A stretch of 64,000 nucleotides of DNA from Candidatus Aminicenantes bacterium (GTDB lineage Bacteria; Acidobacteriota; Aminicenantia; UBA2199): contig CAVXTN010000006.1 of NCBI GenBank assembly GCA_963764745.1, forward strand, positions 1,652,313 to 1,716,312, written 5' to 3'. The position numbers and the translations under genes are program-made. Below the pieces are notes generated by a model. That model was not told the origin of the DNA. It ran no database searches and saw only the letters and a program-made list of their open reading frames with translations. Below, piece after piece: positions 16,876 to 27,730 of the stretch; within the stretch, counting starts at the first letter, position 1; each line of letters starts with the position of its first letter.

Positions 16876-18469
16876 CTATTTGGTGTGGAGGAGGGCGGCT
16901 TGGGCGGCGTTGTTGCCGCAGGCGCCGTGGACCCCACCACCGGGGTGGGCCGACGACGACGCCAGGTAGAGCCCCTTCACCGGCGTCTCGGCGCGGCCGA
17001 GGCCCGGGATCGGCCGCAGGAACAGCTGCTGGCGGAGGTGCGCGCTCCCCCCGTCGAGCGCCCCGCCCACCAGGTTGGCGTTGGCGGCCTGGAGGTCGAC
17101 CGGCGAGGCGACGTGCCGGGCCACGATGAGGTCGGTGAAGCCCGGAGCCAGCCGCTCGACGCGGGCCTCCATGCGCGCCGCGAAGCGCGCCACCCCGGCC
17201 GGGTCGCGCCAGGTGCCGTCGAGGCCCTCGTGGCCCGCGTCGCCACGCGCCTCGTCGGGACGGGGCACGTGGGCGTAGGCCCAGGCCGACTCGGTGCCCG
17301 CGGGCGACCGGGACGGGTCGGCCGTCGTCATCTGCCCCAGCAGCAGGAAGGGGTCGACGGGGCACGAGCTTGTCGGCCAGCTCGCGCGAGGTCCGGCTCA
17401 GCTCGTCGAGCGAGTCGCCCACGTGCACGGTGCCCGCGCCGGCCACCTCGGGGTCGGCCCACGGGATGGGCGCTCGCAGCGCCCAGTCGACCTTGAAGGT
17501 GCCGTCGCCGTACTCGAAGTGCCCGATCGCCCGCCGCACCCGACCGGGAACGTCGGCCGGGTCGAGCAGATCGAGGTACAGCGCGGGTGCGCCCACGTCG
17601 GCCAGCACCGCCCGCCGCACCGACACGGCGTCGCCCGACGCCGTGCGCACGCCTGCGGCACGTCCGGCCCGCACGACCACCTCGGTCACGGCCGCACCGC
17701 ACTCGACCCGTCCACCCTTCGCCTCGAGCCGCCGCACCAGGGCGGCGGTGAGCTCACCGGCGCCGCCCACCGGGACGGGCCAGCCCACCTGCTGCGCGAG
17801 CGAGGACAGCAGCCACCCGTAGATGGCGCTGCTGGCCGACTCGGGCAGCAGGTCGGTGTGGAGCGCGTTGCCGCCGAACAGCAGCGCACCCCCCTCGCCC
17901 TCGAAGCGCCGGTGCGCCTGGCCCCGGGCCGAGCCGAGGCCGAGCTGCAGCAGGTCGACGAGGCCCCGCGGTCCCGCGAGGCCCCCCAGCCGGACCGCCG
18001 GGCGCACCGGTGGGAACGGCGTGAACAGCGCGTCGAACAGGGCCGGCGAGATGCGGTCGAAGAGCGCGAACAGGGCGCGCCAGGTGTCGCCGTCGCCGCT
18101 GCCGGGCGCGAACCGGTCGAGGGAGGCGGCCGTGACGTCGAGGTCGGGGTCGATGACCAGGGTCGGGCCGTCGGGCGTCGGGTGGGCCAGCGGGCGCGGC
18201 GCCGACGACCACTGCAGGCCGTGGCGGTCGAGGTCGAGCGCCCGGAGCGCCGGGGACACGGCCGCGAGCGGGTAGAAGGCGCTGTAGAGGTCGGACGTGA
18301 ACCCCGGGGCGGTCACCTCGGCGCTGCGCACCGCGCCGCCCGGCTCCGGTGCCGCTTCGAGCACCAGCACGTCCCACCCGTGATCGGCCAGCACGTTGGC
18401 CGCCACCAGCCCGTTCGGGCCGGAGCCGATCACGACCGCGTCGACGTCGCCCGACCGGTCCGCTGGCAT
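16876..18469 (-). CDS. CrtI/phytoene-desaturase-like NAD(P)/FAD-dependent oxidoreductase. Frameshifted near 17330.
   Basis: N-terminus MPADRSGDVDAVVIGSGPNGLVAANVLADHGWDVLVLEA (Rossmann fold). C-terminal part ...GLYLASSSAHPGGGVHGACG in ORF 16876..17331. Confidence 0.7.
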
Positions 18470-18543
18470 CGCGCCATGCTCGCACACCCCGCCGAGCGGG
18501 CTCGAAGAGCGCGACGTGGAAGCGCCCTCTCCGCCGCGGCCTC

Positions 18544-20444
18544 TCAGTAGCCCAGGGGCCAGAGCTCCGGGTGGAGCCAGAGCCCGAACGCCGTCAGGGC
18601 CACCGACACGACCAGCAGCACCCAGCCCCGCGTGTCGAGGTGGCCCCGGTCGTCGACGAACTCGGTGACCACGCGGTTGATCCCGGTGCCGGAGCGGAAG
18701 GCCCGCCCGCCGTGGCGCGCCGGCACCAGCAGGCAGAGCACCGCGCCCACGCCGCCCAGCCGGATGACGAGGTCGCGCCAGCCCGAGCCCGGCTCGGGTG
18801 AGCCGATCAGCGCGGCCACACCGATGGCCACCGCGCCGAGCAGCAGGGCCGGTATGGCACGCAGGATGCTGGTGAGGACGTTGCGCAGGAAGAACGCCGG
18901 CGCCGCGGCACGGGCGTCGACCCGGTGCCACGCCTTCACGTCGGCGCCGATGTCGCTGCGGTAGCGGTGCACGACGATGTCGCCGACCGTGGCGAGGGCC
19001 GGGAGCGCGACGAGCACGAGCAGCGGGATCACGACCACGGGCGTCGCCGACGCGAGCGAGGCGACCGCCACCCCCACCGGCACCGTGACCAGGCCACGGC
19101 CGCGCGGGAGAGGGCCGACCACCGGAGGCTCGGGTCGCGGCGGCGGGGCGAGGATGCCGACGGGCGCCGGCTGCCGCGGGACCGGCGGCACCGGCGCGTA
19201 CGCGACGGTCGACGGGCGCGCCGAGCGGCCGGCACGGGCGCCGCACGCAGCGCGGCGACCGCCGCGGAGCGGGAGCCGGGAGCCGGAGGGGCCGCGACGT
19301 CGACCTGCGGCAGCGAGCCGCCGAGCGCCTGCGCGGCGCCACCCAGCACCGGCACGCCACCGGGTCCGGGACCGGCCACGCGGGCCACGGGGCTCGGCGC
19401 GCCCGGGGTCGGCGCCGTGCCGGCGAGGGTCGCCTGCACATCGGGCGCGTCGAGCAGCAGCGCGTGCCGCGGCGGTTCGACGTCGCGGAGCCCGAGCCGG
19501 TCGAGGAAGGCCGCGGCGGTGGCGGGACGGTGGTTGGGGTTCAGCTCGAGGCCGTCGAGCACGGCGTCGCTCACGAGGCGGGGGATGCCGGGGTCGAGCT
19601 CGATCGGCGGTGGCAGGCGGGTGCCGGCCTGCCGGTCGAAGGCGCCCACGGGCGTCCGGCCGGTGAGCAGGCGGTAGAGCGTGGCGGCCATGCCGTACAC
19701 GTCGCACGCGGGACCGAAGTCGCCGGTGCCGGCGTACTGCTCCGGCGGGGCGTAGCCCGGGGTGACGGCCCGGGTCATCGACTCCCCCGACTCGCCGTCG
19801 AAGCGCCGGGCCAGACCGAAGTCGATCAGCACCACCCGTCCCTGCTCGGTGAGCATCACGTTGGAGGGGTTCACGTCGCGGTGCAGCAGGCCCGCCTCGT
19901 GGATCGGCTCGAGCGCCGCCGCGACCCGCGCGGCCACGTCGAGCACCTCGTCGGCGGTGAACGGGCCCCCGCGGGCCCGCTGCAGGTCGCTCAACGTGCG
20001 GCCGCTGAGGAGCTCCATGACCAGGTAGGCGGTGTTGTGGGCCTCGAAGACCTCGTAGACGTGGACGATCCCCGACTGCGTGAACCGGGCGAGGACCCGC
20101 GCTTCGCGCAGGAACCGCTCACGGGCCTCGCCGAAGGCCTCCCGGTCGCGCGGCGCGGCGAGCACCATCGACCCGTGGCGCACGGCCGACGGGGGGAACA
20201 GCTCCTTGATGGCCACCGCGCGCTCCAGGCGCTGGTCCTGGACCTCGTAGGTGATGCCGAAGCCACCCCGCCCGATGACGCGCCGCACCTCGTACCGGCC
20301 GTCGAGGACGGCCCCCTCGGCCAGCTCTGCGGGCGCGGCCAGGGCACCGCCGCACCAGGCGCAGACCAGCCAGCTCCCGTCTACCGCCGCTCCACAGCCC
20401 GGGCAACGGTCGGCGGGGTCGATCGATGTCTCGGGCTCGCTCAC
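18544..20444 (-). CDS. Ser/Thr protein kinase with an N-terminal zinc ribbon and a C-terminal multi-pass membrane domain. Frameshifted near 19200.
   Basis: CPGCG...CAWCG, then the kinase domain (VIGRGGFGITYEV...AIKEL...HRDVNPSNVML...DFGLAR...TPGYAPPE). The C-terminal TM segments continue in ORF 18544..19707. Confidence 0.75.
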
Positions 20445-20456
20445 GTCGCCTGAACG

Positions 20457-20954
20457 TTACCGGCGCTGCGGCGATCCGGGCGTCGGGGGGTCCCAGCCGA
20501 CCACCGGGGCGATGGGCTCGACGGCATCGAGCGCGGCGATGATCTCCCGCAGCTCCAGCGGCGTGGTGGCGAGGTCGATCGCCGCCCAGAGGGTCTTGGA
20601 CACGGGGTAGAAGAGCAGCGGGAACGGGATGCACACGAACAGCCCGACCAGGAGGGGCGGCACGATCGAGGCCCCGGCGTTGGAGTCCTGCCGCGCGATC
20701 AGCCAGATGAACACGAAGAACAGCAGGGCCAGGGTGATGCAGAGGTTGATGTTGTAGGCCCCGAACCAGAAGCCCTCCTCGCGCTCGAACTTGTAGCCGC
20801 AGCCGGGGCACCGCTCGGCCATCACCACCCAGTGGCGGAACAGGTGGCGCGCGCCGCAGCGGGGGCACCGTCGGACCAGTGCACGTGCGGTCATGAGCCG
20901 GAGGGTGCGACGACGGGCGACGTCGTCGACGTACAGCTCGGGCATCGGCGACAC
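20457..20954 (-). CDS. DUF983 domain protein (Cys4 zinc ribbon plus two TM helices)
   Basis: RCPRCGARHLF...CPGCGYKFEREEGFWFGAYNINLCITLALLFFVFIW. Confidence 0.6.
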   Translation of the reverse strand: MSPMPELYVDDVARRRTLRLMTARALVRRCPRCGARHLFRHWVVMAERCPGCGYKFEREEGFWFGAYNINLCITLALLFFVFIWLIARQDSNAGASIVPPLLVGLFVCIPFPLLFYPVSKTLWAAIDLATTPLELREIIAALDAVEPIAPVVGWDPPTPGSPQRR

Positions 20955-21064
20955 CTCCGATCACGCTCCGAGGCCGATCGCACGGACGAGTGTCTCCTGA
21001 GCATCGCGCTTTTCCGCACGGATGCGGCAAGCGGGGCGTGACGGGGCCCGCGGGGCCTCCGGGG

Positions 21065-21788
21065 CTAGCGCGACTCCTGGGTGCGGAAGAACGACCGCAG
21101 CTCCGCCGCCCGGTCGAGGCCGCAACGCCGGGTGATGCGGGCCCACTGCGGATCGTCGTCGGGGAACAGCGCGACGCGGTGGAAGCGGTCGCGCTGGACG
21201 AGCCGCGAGGGGTCGGTGGAGATCGGGTCGACCGACACGCTCACGCCGCCGGAGAACAGCGCGAACCAGTGGTCGATGTACTGGTCGACGGTGTTGGCGA
21301 GCGCCGACGCGAGGCCGGCCGGGCCGCGCACCGCCACGAGCCACGGCGAGAACCCCACGGCCCGCCGCGGTGGCAGCGGGTCGGGTACGAGGTCGGGCAG
21401 CGAGCGGACCTCGTCGAGCGCCGAGTTCGAGCGCGGTGTAGACCTCGTCGACGTAGTCGGCGTTGACCGAGAGGTCGACCCGGGGCAGCAGATCGACGTG
21501 CATCGCCACCTCGTCGTCGTACACCGACCACTCGACCGCCAGGTGCGGGGTGAGGCTGTTCGGACGGGAGAAGGCGTAGAAGAGGTGGGCGCAGCTGGGC
21601 TGCTGGCCGTCGCCGAACTCGAGGTCGGCCACGACGGCCTTGTCGAGGTCGAGGCCGACGAGGACCGTGCCCTCGCCCACCGGCTCACCCGTGTCGATCG
21701 GCAGCAGGTCGACGCGCTCGCGTGGCTGGAGGCCGAACTTCGCCGACACGCGCTCGACCGCGGCGGCGCTCATGGAAGCGGTGATCAT
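21065..21788 (-). CDS. Hypothetical protein. Frameshifted near 21450.
   Basis: MITASMSAAAVERV... follows the RBS GGAGGTCACGAAG. The C-terminal half is in ORF 21065..21688. Confidence 0.4.
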
Positions 21789-21904
21789 CTTCGTGACCTC
21801 CTGGGGATGCCGGACGGCGGGGAGCCGGGAGCGGAGCGCCCTGCGTGTGTCCGCCGCAAGTGATCGTAGGGGCCGACCGGGCGGCGCGCCCGGACCCTCG
21901 GGCG

Positions 21905-24125
21905 TCAGGGGCGCAGGTCGACGGTGACGCGGCGGGCGTCGGGGTCCTCGGCATGGCGCGCCACGACGAGGTCGTGCGCTCCCCCGGCCGCAACCCACCC
22001 TCCGGCACCGACGGGTCGGCGGGCGAACGCGCCCGGCGCGATGCGCACCTGGACGGGCACCGTGGCCCCGGCGGGGACGTCGACGCGGGCGAAGGCCACC
22101 AGACGTGGCGGGGTGCCGGACGCGCCGCCGTACACCTGCACCACCTCGGTGCCGGGCCGGCTGCCCTCGTTCCGGGCCACGGTCGTGACCAGCACCGACC
22201 CGTCGTCGCCGACCTCCACCGAGGCGTCGCCGAGCACCAGCGACGTGTAGCTGAGCCCGAAGCCGAACGGGTAGGCCGCGGCGTTGCCGTCGCGGGCGAG
22301 GCGCCAGTAGCCGTGCCAGCCGTCGTAGGTGACCGCGTCGGCGTCGCGGTCGAACGGTGGCAGGTGCGACTCGTCGGTGGGGACGGTGAACGGCAGGCGA
22401 CCCGTGGGCTCGGCCCGGCCGAGGAGCACGTCGGCGAGGGCGTGACCGCCCTCCATCCCGGCGTACCAGGACTGCACGACCGCAGGAACCGACTGCCGCC
22501 ACGCTCTCGGTGACGACGGCGCTGCCGGCCACGATGGCCACGACGGTGCGGGGGTTCGCCGCGGCGACGGCGGCGATCAGCGCCTCGTCGTCGGGGTGCA
22601 GCTGCAGCGACGTGCGGTCGCCGCCCTGGGCGAAGCCGAGACCGGATTCGGAGGCCGGCCCCTCGCCGCCCGCGGCTGCGGCGACCGCCTCGGGTGCCCG
22701 GTAGTGCGGGCCGGCGTCGACGCGCGCGGCGAAGGCGACGACCAGCTCGGGGTCGTCGGGGCCGGGCAGGAGCTCCTGGAGGTGGCTGGTGCCGGAGTCG
22801 CCGATGAACTCGCCCTCGTCGGCGCGGGTGTAGCCGACCACCACCACCGCCACGTCGCACCACTCGGCCACGCTGGCGGCAGCCGCCGGCTCGGCGCCGT
22901 CGTGGTGGATGACCTCGGCCCGTGGCAGCGCGGCGCGCAGGCCGTCGAGCGGGGTGACCGCGTCGGGCGCCCACACGTCGCTCGACCCACCGTCGCCGAG
23001 GTTGCGGATGGCCGCGAGGCGACCGACGACGGCCACGCGTCGCAGCGCGGCCTCGTCGAGCGGGAGCACCGGCGTGCCCTCGACGGGCTCGTTGCGGAGC
23101 AGCACGACGGACTTGGTGGCCGCCTCGCGCGCCAGCGCGCGGTGCGCGTCGCAGGCGAGCACGTCGGCCCGGGGTGCGGGCTGGGCAAGGACCGCCGCGA
23201 AGCGCAGCAGCGTGGCCACCGTGTGCCGCACCGCGGCGACGATGTCGGCCTCGTCCGTCTCGCCCTCGGCCAGCGCGCGGTCGAGCCCACCGGCACGGAC
23301 CATGCGGTACGGCATCTCGACGTCGAGGCCGGCCGCCACCGACGGCCCGGCGTCGCGCAGGCCGAAGATCCAGTCGGAGATCACCATGCCGGTGAAGCCC
23401 CACTCGTCGCGCAGCACCTCGGTGAGCAGCTGCGGGCTCTGGCCACACCACTCGCCGTTGACCGCGTTGTAGGCGCTCATCACGCAGGCGACGCCCTCGT
23501 CGACGATGCGCCTGAAGTGCGGCAGGAAGACCTCGTGCAGCGCCTGCTCGTCGACCGTGACGTCGACGCTGAAGCGGGCGTTCTCCATGGAGTTCAGGGC
23601 GAAGTGCTTCACGCAGGCCATGGTGTGGCGCTGCACGCCGCGCGTGAGGGCGGCGCCCAGCTCCCCGATGTGGAACGGGTCCTCGCCGTACGTCTCCTGC
23701 GCCCGGCCCCAGGCCGGGTGGCGCAGCACGTTCACGCACACGCCGCCGTAGAGGTCGGCGCCGACGGCGCGCAGCTCGCGGCCGATGGCGTCACCGATGC
23801 GCTCCTCGAGGTCGACGTCCCACGTCGCGCCGCGGGCCATGCTGACCGGGAAGCAGGTGGCCGGGCCGATGACCACGCCGCGCGGGCCGTCGGAGAAGTG
23901 GAAGCCGGGGATGCCGAGCCGGTCGACCTCGGCCGCGGGGAACGTGCGCCGGTGGTACCCGCCCTTGCCGAGGTCGTCGAGCCCGGCCCAGAACGGCAGG
24001 TCGCCGTCGAGGCACCAGCGCAGCTCGTCGGGCGTCATCAGGGCGACGAGGTCGGCGGCCTCGGCGGCGGGGTCGGCCCCCGTGCGCACCCGCCCGGCCG
24101 CCGCGGCGAAGGGGGTGTCAGGCAT
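21905..24125 (-). CDS. Glycoside hydrolase family 3 (beta-glucosidase/beta-N-acetylhexosaminidase-like). Frameshifted near 22490.
   Basis: GH3 N-domain (...KHFALNS...VMSAYNAVNGEW...GFTGMVISDW...). C-terminal domain ...MQSWYAGMEGGHALADVLLG...PFGFGLSYT in ORF 21905..22477. Confidence 0.8.
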
Positions 24126-25008
24126 CGGGGGCTCCCTGCTGGGGTCGGCGTCGCACCAGCACCACCCCCACCACCGCCGCCACGATGGCGACGACCGCCG
24201 CCACGACGAGCACCGCGGGCAGGACGTGGTTGGGCGGATCGGTGCCGGTGGTCGACGAGTGCACCGCGGTGGGTCGGGCGAGCGGCGCCGAGGTGGGCGG
24301 GGTGGTCGTGGGCGCCAGGGTCGTGGTGGTGGTGGTGGACGTGGTGGTCGACGTCGTCGTGGAGGTGGTGGTGGTGGTCGTGGGCGTGGCCCGCCCGGCC
24401 GCGGCGATCTGCACGGCCACGAAGTGCGCCATGTGCACCGAGCCGCTGGGCGTGAGGTGCAGGCCGTCGCCACCGGTGTCGGTGGGCAGCGCGGCGGCGT
24501 TCCAGTCGGCGACCGTGACGTTGGGGTGCGCCGCGGCGACCTGGCGCATGACCTGGTTGGTCTGCGCGTAGTACGGCCGCGCCTGGCGGATGGTGAGGAG
24601 CACCACGTGCGGGACGGGTGCCAGGGCGTCGACCAGGGCCTGGAGCCGCGGTTGGTAGATGCTGGGCGTGCCCCCGTCGTTGGTGCCGAGCTGCACGACG
24701 ACCACCTGGAACCGGGTGCCGTGCCGCTGCACCACGGTGAGCCCCTGCTCGGTGCTGCGGTCGACCATCGCGTCGACGATGACCTTCCAGCCCTGCAGGT
24801 CGGCCGGGATGTTGCCGTAGGTGCCGGCCAGCACGCTGTCGCCGATCACCAGGGCGGTGTGCGGCGGGGGCGGCGCCGCGGCCCGACGCGTGGCCGGCCC
24901 GGCGACGGCCGCCGGGGTGAGGAGGGTCACCAGCGCCGCCGCGCCGATGAGGGCCGCGACGATGACGGCGCCTGGAGCGCCACGTCGCGCCCGTCGCTGC
25001 TGGTCCAT
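24118..25008 (-). CDS. SGNH/GDSL hydrolase family lipoprotein or secreted protein, with a C-terminal Thr-rich linker and TM anchor
   Basis: ...LVIGDSVLAG...GTNDG...DGLHLTPSG..., then [23 protein letters not shown] and a hydrophobic tail. Confidence 0.7.
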   Translation of the reverse strand: MDQQRRARRGAPGAVIVAALIGAAALVTLLTPAAVAGPATRRAAAPPPPHTALVIGDSVLAGTYGNIPADLQGWKVIVDAMVDRSTEQGLTVVQRHGTRFQVVVVQLGTNDGGTPSIYQPRLQALVDALAPVPHVVLLTIRQARPYYAQTNQVMRQVAAAHPNVTVADWNAAALPTDTGGDGLHLTPSGSVHMAHFVAVQIAAAGRATPTTTTTTSTTTSTTTSTTTTTTLAPTTTPPTSAPLARPTAVHSSTTGTDPPNHVLPAVLVVAAVVAIVAAVVGVVLVRRRPQQGAPDA

Positions 25009-25085
25009 GGTCGGGCTGGCGGGATTCGAACCCGCGGCCTCCTGCTCCCAAAGCAGGCGCGCTAACCAAGCTGCGCTACAGCCCG
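25008..25085 (-). tRNA. tRNA-Pro (anticodon TGG), CCA encoded
   Basis: Reverse complement CGGGCTGTAGCGCAGCTTGGTTAGCGCGCCTGCTTTGGGAGCAGGAGGCCGCGGGTTCGAATCCCGCCAGCCCGACCA. Anticodon stem CCTGC/GCAGG, loop TTTGGGA. The 3' terminal A shares a base with the start ATG of the SGNH hydrolase. Confidence 0.8.
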
Positions 25086-25157
25086 AAGAGGGGCCACGCT
25101 ACCGGCACCACCTGGGCGGCTCGACCCGTGTTCGACCGCCAGAGCTGCTCCCCCACC

Positions 25158-25206
25158 GTTCTCGGTGCGAAAACCGTCGCTGAGCGACGGTATTCGCACG
25201 CAGAAT
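25158..25206. repeat. Palindromic intergenic repeat, family B copy 2
   Basis: GTTCTCGGTGCGAAAACCGTCGC-TGA-GCGACGGTATTCGCACGCAGAAT. About 80% identical to the copy at 11729..11777, with a symmetric CG/GC internal mismatch. It lies just downstream of the LLM oxidoreductase stop. Confidence 0.75.
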
Positions 25207-25215
25207 CGGGGAGCG

Positions 25216-26235
25216 CTACCGGCCTCCCCCACCGAGGCCTGCCACGATGTCGGCGAAGTGGGCCGGGTCGGGCTGCCGGGTGCACTCGATGCTGACGGTG
25301 TCGGCCACGCCCGCGAGCTTCTCGCGCACCAGCCCGGGCACCGCGTCGCGACGCCCCACGACGGCCACGGCCTCGATGAGCTCGTCGGGCACCAGCTCGG
25401 CCATGTCGTCCCAGCGGCCCTCCTTCGACAGCCGGTTGAGCTGCGGGTGCAGGCCGTCCCAGCCGTGGACCTCGAGCACGCGGGCGTAGGCGGGCGTCGA
25501 GGCGTAGAAGGCCAGCTGCTTGCGGACCACCGCGATGGAGCGGTCGAGCTCGGCCCCCGTCGCTCCCGTTGCCAGCAGGCACACCACGATGACCTCGAGG
25601 TCGGCCCGGTCGCGGCCCGCGGCCGCCAGCCCGCGCGACACCGCCGGCAGGGTGAGCTCCAGCAGCGAGCGCCGCGTCGAGAAGGGGTGGACGATGACGC
25701 CGTCGCCGACCTCGGCCGCCACCTCGGTGAGGCGGGGCCCGACGGCGGCCACGTGCAGCCGGGCGCGGGGCACGCGGTGCGGTCCGGGGTCGAACGCGGG
25801 GGTCATGAGCGTGTGGCGGTAGAACTCGCCCTCGAAGTGCAGCGGGGCGATCCCGTCCCAGGCGTCCCAGATGGCGCGGATGCCCAGCACCATCTCCCGC
25901 ATGCGCGCGGCGGGCCGCGACCACGGCATCGAGTAGCGCCGCTCGATGTGCGGCCGGACCTGCGTCCCGAGGCCGAGCGTGAAGCGGCCGTCGCTCAGGT
26001 GGGCCAGGTCGTGGCCCACGTTGGCGAGCGTCATGGGGGTGCGGGCGAAGGCGATGGCGATGGCCGTGCCGAGGCGCAGCCGGGTGGTCGTGCGCGACGC
26101 CAGCGCGAGCGGCAGGAACGGGTCGTGCTTGGTCTCGTACGAGAACGCGCCGTCGTAGCCGCAGGCCTCGAGCTCGGCGAACAGCTCGCCCGCCGCGGCG
26201 ATGTCGTCGAAGGGCGTGGTCGTGAACACCTGCAC
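25216..26235 (-). CDS. LLM class F420-dependent oxidoreductase (luciferase-like monooxygenase family)
   Basis: MQVFTTTPFDD...GYDGAFSYETKHDPFLPLALA...LGTAIAIAFARTPM... Confidence 0.8.
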   Translation of the reverse strand: MQVFTTTPFDDIAAAGELFAELEACGYDGAFSYETKHDPFLPLALASRTTTRLRLGTAIAIAFARTPMTLANVGHDLAHLSDGRFTLGLGTQVRPHIERRYSMPWSRPAARMREMVLGIRAIWDAWDGIAPLHFEGEFYRHTLMTPAFDPGPHRVPRARLHVAAVGPRLTEVAAEVGDGVIVHPFSTRRSLLELTLPAVSRGLAAAGRDRADLEVIVVCLLATGATGAELDRSIAVVRKQLAFYASTPAYARVLEVHGWDGLHPQLNRLSKEGRWDDMAELVPDELIEAVAVVGRRDAVPGLVREKLAGVADTVSIECTRQPDPAHFADIVAGLGGGGR

Positions 26236-26303
26236 CGGCGGAGCCTCGCAGATCCACCGTCGCCGCCGCCGATCCGCTGACCTGCGGGTAGCCTCGCCCC
26301 ACC

Positions 26304-26909
26304 ATGCTCGACCACGTGTTCACCGACGCCATCGGCGCCCTCCGCGATGCCGTCGAGAGCGCGTTCCTCGAGCGGCAGGCCTTCGAGGAGCGCTTCCAGG
26401 CCGACGTGCTGCTGGGCGACCTCACCTGGGAGACGTCCTACTCACTGCCCGGCGAGGGCTCGCCGCCGCGCACCCGCGCCGACATCACCCTCGACTGGCC
26501 CACCTGGGCCCAGAGCGCGTACCGCTCGTGGTACATCGGCGAGCCGTTCGACGAGCCGCCCCGCGTCGAGATCGAGATCGTGCTGCGGATCCAGCGCCTC
26601 GCCAAGGCGCCCGACCCCGCGGCGGTGCTGGGCGTGCTGCCCGAGCAGAGCGCGGCGGTCGGCAACGAGAAGCTCGACCGGTCGGGCCCCACCGTCGAGA
26701 CCGCGTACGGCAGCGACCTCGACGACGTCGAGTACGCCATCGAGGTGTCGTACGAGGGCACCTACGAGCTCGACGAGGCCACCCTCGCCGACGGCTCGGT
26801 GCTCGACGAGCACTTCGGCGCCATGGGCGGCTGGATCGCCTCCACCCTCGTGCGCCTGGGCGACCTCCAGTTCGACTTCCTGCCACCCGAAGACGAACCC
26901 GCTTCCTGA
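26304..26909 (+). CDS. Hypothetical protein, 201 aa
   Basis: Intact ORF ending 25 nt before the RBS of the enoyl-CoA hydratase gene. No recognisable domain. Confidence 0.45.
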   Translation: MLDHVFTDAIGALRDAVESAFLERQAFEERFQADVLLGDLTWETSYSLPGEGSPPRTRADITLDWPTWAQSAYRSWYIGEPFDEPPRVEIEIVLRIQRLAKAPDPAAVLGVLPEQSAAVGNEKLDRSGPTVETAYGSDLDDVEYAIEVSYEGTYELDEATLADGSVLDEHFGAMGGWIASTLVRLGDLQFDFLPPEDEPAS

Positions 26910-26933
26910 CCCGAGGAGTTCCCATGTCCGATG

Positions 26934-27717
26934 TCGTGTTGCTCGACGTGGCCGACCGCGTCGCCACGGTCACCATCAACCGGCCCGAGGCGCGCAACGC
27001 GCTCTCGCCGCGAGGTCCGGCGGCTGCTGCCCGCCGCTGATGTCGGAGGCCGACGGGCGCGACGACGTCGACGCGGTCGTGCTCACCGGCGCCGACCCCG
27101 CGTTCTGCGCAGGCCTCGACCTCAAGGAGCTGGGCTCGGGCGCCGCCGACCTGTCCGACGCCGGCGCGGTCGGCAACGTCGCTCCCGGCGGTCACCGCAA
27201 CGGGCCCTTCCCCGAGATGCGCAAGCCGGTGATCGGCGCGGTCAACGGCGTCGCCATCACGGGCGGGCTCGAGGTGGCGCTGGCCTGCGACTTCCTCGTG
27301 GCGTCCGAGCAGGCCCGCTTCGCCGACACCCACGCCCGCGTCGGCATCCAGCCCGGGTGGGGCCTCACGGTGCTGCTGCCCCAGGCGGTGGGGCTGCGCC
27401 GCGCCCGCGAGATGAGCGCCACGGGCAACTTCGTCGACGCGGCCACCGCCCTCTCGTGGGGCCTCGTGAACCACGTCGTGCCGCACGGCGAGCTGCTCGG
27501 CTTCGCGCAGCGCCTGGCGGCCGACATCGCCTCGAACGACGCCCGCGCCGTCCAGACGATCTACGCCACCTACGACGAGGGCAGCCTGCTGGCCCCCGGC
27601 GAGGCGTGGGACCTCGAGTCGCGCACCGCCGCGGCCTGGCAGGGCGCGGGCCTCGACCCGGCGGAGATCGAGCGCCGCCGTCAGACCGTCAGCGACCGCG
27701 GCCGCCAGCAGGTCTGA
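26934..27717 (+). CDS. Enoyl-CoA hydratase/isomerase family protein. Frameshifted, likely twice, around 27020-27045.
   Basis: GAGGAG RBS, then MSDVVLLDVADRVATVTINRPEARNALS. The protein continues in another frame (...DAVVLTGADPAFCAGLDLKE...GAVNGVAITGGLEVALACDF...). Confidence 0.75.
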
Positions 27718-27730
27718 AAACCGCCCACAC

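Noticed and set aside
16460-19441. 993-aa minus-strand ORF treated as one protein
   Set aside because: It is a chimera. Only 16876..18469 (CrtI-like oxidoreductase) is real in this frame. The N-terminal 320 aa are out-of-frame read-through across the kinase gene.
20990-21030. Hairpin CCGCA-CGGA-TGCGG downstream of the 21065..21788 gene as a terminator
   Set aside because: Only a 5-bp stem with no U-tract, in a region full of chance GC palindromes. Too weak to call.
20961-24473. 1170-aa minus-strand ORF treated as one protein
   Set aside because: It merges the GH3 glucosidase, an out-of-frame stretch and the N-terminus of the 21065..21788 hypothetical gene. Frameshifts plus the lack of stops create the fusion.
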